Positions 3,753-6,856 of a DNA stretch of 6,856 nucleotides are shown here, piece after piece. This DNA is from Candidatus Wukongarchaeum yapensis (lineage in GTDB: Archaea; Asgardarchaeota; Wukongarchaeia; Wukongarchaeales; Wukongarchaeaceae): the NCBI GenBank assembly GCA_016840425.1, contig JAEOSI010000124.1, positions 1 through 6,856 of the forward strand. Reading direction: 5' to 3'. Position numbers and translations under genes: made by a program. The notes below the pieces were generated by a model. It did no database searches, was not told where the DNA came from, and saw only the letters and a program-made list of their open reading frames with translations. Within the stretch, counting starts at the first letter, position 1, and the number at the start of each line of letters is the position of its first letter.

Positions 3753-5822
3753 ATGACAGGACAAATTGAAGTCGTTTTTCAACCCTCAGGTAGACGCCGA
3801 ATGGCAGACCCTGGAGAAAACGTGCTTGATGTAGCCAGATCTATTGGTGTAGACCTCGCATCAGTTTGCGGAGGCAAAGGTACTTGTGGTAAATGTAGAG
3901 TTGCAGTGATTTCAGGCGGTGAAAAACTAAACGAGCTAACAGAATATGAGCTTAAGAAAATGACTGATAGAGACATCAAGAAAGACTACAGGTTCGCTTG
4001 TCAGATTTTAGTGCCTACAGATGCTCCGCTTGACGCTAAGTCTGGTCACAAACGATTGGTTCTAAAAATCCCAGAAGAAAGCAAAACCGGTGAACAAAGA
4101 CTTCAGACCGAAGGAAGAGATGTACCCATAGAGATAAACCCCATAGTCAAAAAATACTATTTCGAAGTGAAGAAAGCAACCCTTCACGACCTTGTTTCAG
4201 ACGAACTTAGGATGCTAGCCGAGCTCGAAAAGAAATACGGTCTTAAAGATTTAGTGCTCACAATTGAGGCCGCTTACCAACTACCCGCAGCTATAAGAGG
4301 AGCAAAGACAGAGGACGACATGTGGACAGCTACTGCGGTAGTATGGAATGACCAAGAAATCATAGCTATAGAACCCGGAGACACAAAGGACCAGTTCTAC
4401 GGCTTTGCGGTAGACATAGGAAGTACAAAAGTAGCAGGATTCTTGCTAGACCTCAACACAGGCGAAGTGAAGTCACTTGCAGCTATAATGAACCCGCAGA
4501 TCCCCTACGGCGAAGATATCATGAGCCGTATAACCTTCACCATCCAGCGGGGTGAAGAAGCCCAAGAAATCCTCCACAAAGTCATCGTAGAAGGAGTAAA
4601 CGAAATCTGCCAAAAAGCTTGCGACCAGGCAGGGATAAACCCTGAATTGATCTACGACTGGAGCCTGGTAGGTAACACTGCTATGAGCCACCTCTTCCTG
4701 AAAGTATTAGCCAAATATGTGGCTTTAGCCCCCTACCCACCAGCAGTCAGCCGCGGTATCAACGTCAGATTAAAGGACTTCGGCATGCTCGGACACCCTA
4801 ATGCAAAAGCCTATTTTTCCTCCTGTATTGGAGGCTTCGTAGGAGCAGACAACGTGGCTGTAGTTTTAGCCTCAGATCTTGGGGTATCAGACGAACTAAT
4901 ACTTGCCCTTGACATCGGAACTAACACAGAGATAGACCTCGGCTCAAAAGAACTTGGAGCTATGTGCTGTTCAACTGCTAGTGGTCCAGCTTTTGAAGGT
5001 ATGCAGATTGCCCACGGTATGAGGGCAGCAACAGGAGCTATCGAAAGGATTAGCGTAGATCCCTTCACACAGGAAGTAGATTATAAAACCATAGGTGATG
5101 CTCCTCCTGTAGGAATTTGTGGTTCAGCCCTTGTTGAAGCACCCTCAGAATTTCTCAAAGCTGGCATCATGAACTTCAAAGGCAAAATAGATAAAGAATT
5201 ACTTGGAAAACACAAACACGTAAAACAAGGCGAAAAAGGACTCGAATTCATTATCGCGTTTAAAGAAGAAGCTGGTATAGACACGGACATATGGATCTCG
5301 CAAAATGACATAAGACAGTTACAACTTGCTAAAGCAGCTATGCACACAGGTTGCAGTGTGCTTTTGCACAGGATGAACGTTACAGAAGAAGATCTTGACG
5401 CCATTGTTGTTGCTGGAGCTTTCGGGAACTTTATCCAGCCTGAAGCTGCAAGAACTGTCGGAATGTACCCAGAAACACCACTAGAAAAGATAAGGCTTGT
5501 AGGTAACGCTGCAGGAACCGGTGCAAGAATGAACCTTGTATCAAGAGAAAGCAGACAAAGATCAGAAAACATTCCAGTCATAGTTAAATACCACGAACTG
5601 GCAATTGACCCCATGTTCTTAACTGAATACGCAAACAGCATGCTGTTCCCATACTCTGACCTAAGCAGATATCCAGAAACTTCCGAATTATTGCTCAAAG
5701 CCGGTAGAATAACCGAAGACCAATACAACAAATTCATGGAAGAAAGAGAAAAACGAGCCCTTGTCTTCGACTCCAGAGTCGACACACAAATTGCCTACGA
5801 AAAAGGTGAAAAGAAAGATTAA
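3753..5822 (+). CDS. RACo-type ATP-dependent reductive activator of corrinoid proteins (N-terminal [2Fe-2S] ferredoxin plus ASKHA ATPase), 689 aa
   Basis: CGGKGTCGKCRV...RFACQ [2Fe-2S] motif; AVDIGSTKV, YGEDIMSRI, GGFVGAD, DIGTNTEI, ASGPAFEG, GICGS, DIRQLQLAKAA, AGAFG and GNAAGTGA are the conserved RACo/AcsV-family blocks. GAGG at 3741-3744 precedes the ATG. Confidence 0.93.
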   Translation: MTGQIEVVFQPSGRRRMADPGENVLDVARSIGVDLASVCGGKGTCGKCRVAVISGGEKLNELTEYELKKMTDRDIKKDYRFACQILVPTDAPLDAKSGHKRLVLKIPEESKTGEQRLQTEGRDVPIEINPIVKKYYFEVKKATLHDLVSDELRMLAELEKKYGLKDLVLTIEAAYQLPAAIRGAKTEDDMWTATAVVWNDQEIIAIEPGDTKDQFYGFAVDIGSTKVAGFLLDLNTGEVKSLAAIMNPQIPYGEDIMSRITFTIQRGEEAQEILHKVIVEGVNEICQKACDQAGINPELIYDWSLVGNTAMSHLFLKVLAKYVALAPYPPAVSRGINVRLKDFGMLGHPNAKAYFSSCIGGFVGADNVAVVLASDLGVSDELILALDIGTNTEIDLGSKELGAMCCSTASGPAFEGMQIAHGMRAATGAIERISVDPFTQEVDYKTIGDAPPVGICGSALVEAPSEFLKAGIMNFKGKIDKELLGKHKHVKQGEKGLEFIIAFKEEAGIDTDIWISQNDIRQLQLAKAAMHTGCSVLLHRMNVTEEDLDAIVVAGAFGNFIQPEAARTVGMYPETPLEKIRLVGNAAGTGARMNLVSRESRQRSENIPVIVKYHELAIDPMFLTEYANSMLFPYSDLSRYPETSELLLKAGRITEDQYNKFMEEREKRALVFDSRVDTQIAYEKGEKKD

Positions 5823-5839
5823 GAAAGAACCAAAACACC

Positions 5840-5861
5840 TTTTTTCTTTTATTTTTTCTTT
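5840..5861 (+). terminator. Oligo-T terminator after the activator gene
   Basis: TTTTTTCTTTTATTTTTTCTTT starts 18 nt after the stop codon. Confidence 0.55.
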
Positions 5862-6056
5862 GTCTTTGGCTATTGTTAAAGGCCTGCCTATTTTTATAGA
5901 GCCTAATCTATTTTCCTAAACTGTTTTTTTCTCTTCATAAGATGTTTATTTCTTTTGCAATTCATTTATATATTATTAAGAACTTACCAAATTTTTAAAA
6001 ATGATTTTTCTTTTCCTTTTTTAGTTTTGTTTCATAGTCTTGCGTGGGGAGAAAAA

Positions 6057-6856
6057 ATGGAGGAAAAGATCTGGATAGCGGCTGGAGAACCGCGAAGGGA
6101 AATGCTTACAGGCGAGAAAAATTTCGATGCCTTCCTTAAGATAATTAGCGGTGCTTGCACCATCTTTTATGTAGAAAATCAAACATATAATGACCCCCTT
6201 AGTTTAGTTGCTGCTTGGTTAACAAACTGTGCTGAAGACGAATATGGCATAATTATAAATACGTATGATGATCCTGTAAGATTAGCAGAAAACTTTCAAA
6301 ATCTTAATCCAGAAATTGTTGAAAAAACTATAATGCTTTCAAAGGAGAACAGGTTTTTCTGGATCGACATGTTCACCTACAGGGGCTTTAATGACGTAGA
6401 GGCGGAAAAATTATGGGTTGATTATAAGTTAGCTCTTGAACCTTTGGACGTTAATTTTTCAAACTATTTTAGCGTGAAGAAGCCTTCAGATTTAGGGTCA
6501 ATTCACGGTTTGAACCCGATCCTCAACCATATTCTTGAGCGAACTGGTGGAGAGAAAAAGGCAAGAATAGCTGTAGCTTATGGTGATGATTTAGTAGATC
6601 TTACAGGGGAAGATGAGTTCTTAAAATTTTATAGGAGACAGATAAACACCATTATTCACAAGTTTAATAACGCTGCCATCTTTATTTTCAGCTATATGAG
6701 CCATTCTCAGAAGTTTCATGCCACCCTTGAAAGGTTAAGTGATTCAGTTATTAGGTGGGGATGGGGTCGGTTAGGAAGACGCTCTCAGGAAGAAAAATTT
6801 TTAGAGATTTTAAAAAGCCCCATACCCGATGTTTACCTTGGAAAAGTTCGTTACAA
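6057..6856 (+). CDS. KaiC/RAD55-like RecA-superfamily protein with degenerate Walker motifs; runs off the right edge (at least 266 aa)
   Basis: GGGGAG RBS then ATG 6057; frame open to the edge: MEEKIWIAAGEPRREMLTGEKNFDAFLKIISGACTIFYVENQTYNDPLSLVAAWL...YGIIINTYDDPVRL...FFWIDMFT...RIAVAYGDDL...HATLERLSDSVIRW...KFLEILKSPIP. The LTG-xxx-D start, IINTYDDP, WIDMFT, LERLSDSVI and LEILKS blocks line up with the archaeal KaiC-like pattern. Family call is by eye. Confidence 0.65.
   Translation, partial: MEEKIWIAAGEPRREMLTGEKNFDAFLKIISGACTIFYVENQTYNDPLSLVAAWLTNCAEDEYGIIINTYDDPVRLAENFQNLNPEIVEKTIMLSKENRFFWIDMFTYRGFNDVEAEKLWVDYKLALEPLDVNFSNYFSVKKPSDLGSIHGLNPILNHILERTGGEKKARIAVAYGDDLVDLTGEDEFLKFYRRQINTIIHKFNNAAIFIFSYMSHSQKFHATLERLSDSVIRWGWGRLGRRSQEEKFLEILKSPIPDVYLGKVRY

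Noticed and set aside
3779-5785. Four minus-strand ORFs (3779-3979, 4473-4691, 4811-5068, 5081-5785)
   Set aside because: All antisense within the RACo gene, with low-complexity composition and no recognisable motifs or expression signals.
1-6856. Pyrrolysine/selenocysteine read-through or mobile elements in the main genes
   Set aside because: No in-frame TAG/TGA interrupts any supported CDS, and no transposase, integrase, terminal inverted repeat pair or target-site duplication was seen.

Overview
Archaeal-looking chromosomal window (GGTGA/GGAGG ribosome-binding sites, BRE/TATA promoters, oligo-T terminators) dominated by cobalamin biochemistry. A URO-D-fold MtaA/CmuA-family Zn methyltransferase (1243-2319, -) is transcribed divergently from a DxHxxG corrinoid protein (2900-3589, +) and a RACo-type ASKHA reductive activator with an N-terminal [2Fe-2S] domain (3753-5822, +). 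Three genes are missing from the supplied ORF track: (i) a 44-aa CxxC-x19-HC protein directly behind the methyltransferase (1081-1215, -); (ii) the 5' part of a B12-binding (class B-like) radical SAM gene (1-677, -, runs off the left edge); (iii) a KaiC/RAD55-like RecA-fold protein with destroyed Walker A/B motifs (6057 to the right edge, +). No second methyltransferase is present in the window, so substrate and methyl acceptor are unknown. The intergenic DNA holds two clean palindromes (2725-2745, 3673-3693), a GC-rich 10-mer direct repeat and an unexplained GC-rich island with an orphan perfect Shine-Dalgarno (857-943). All translations outside the ORF track were done by hand and no database searches were run.
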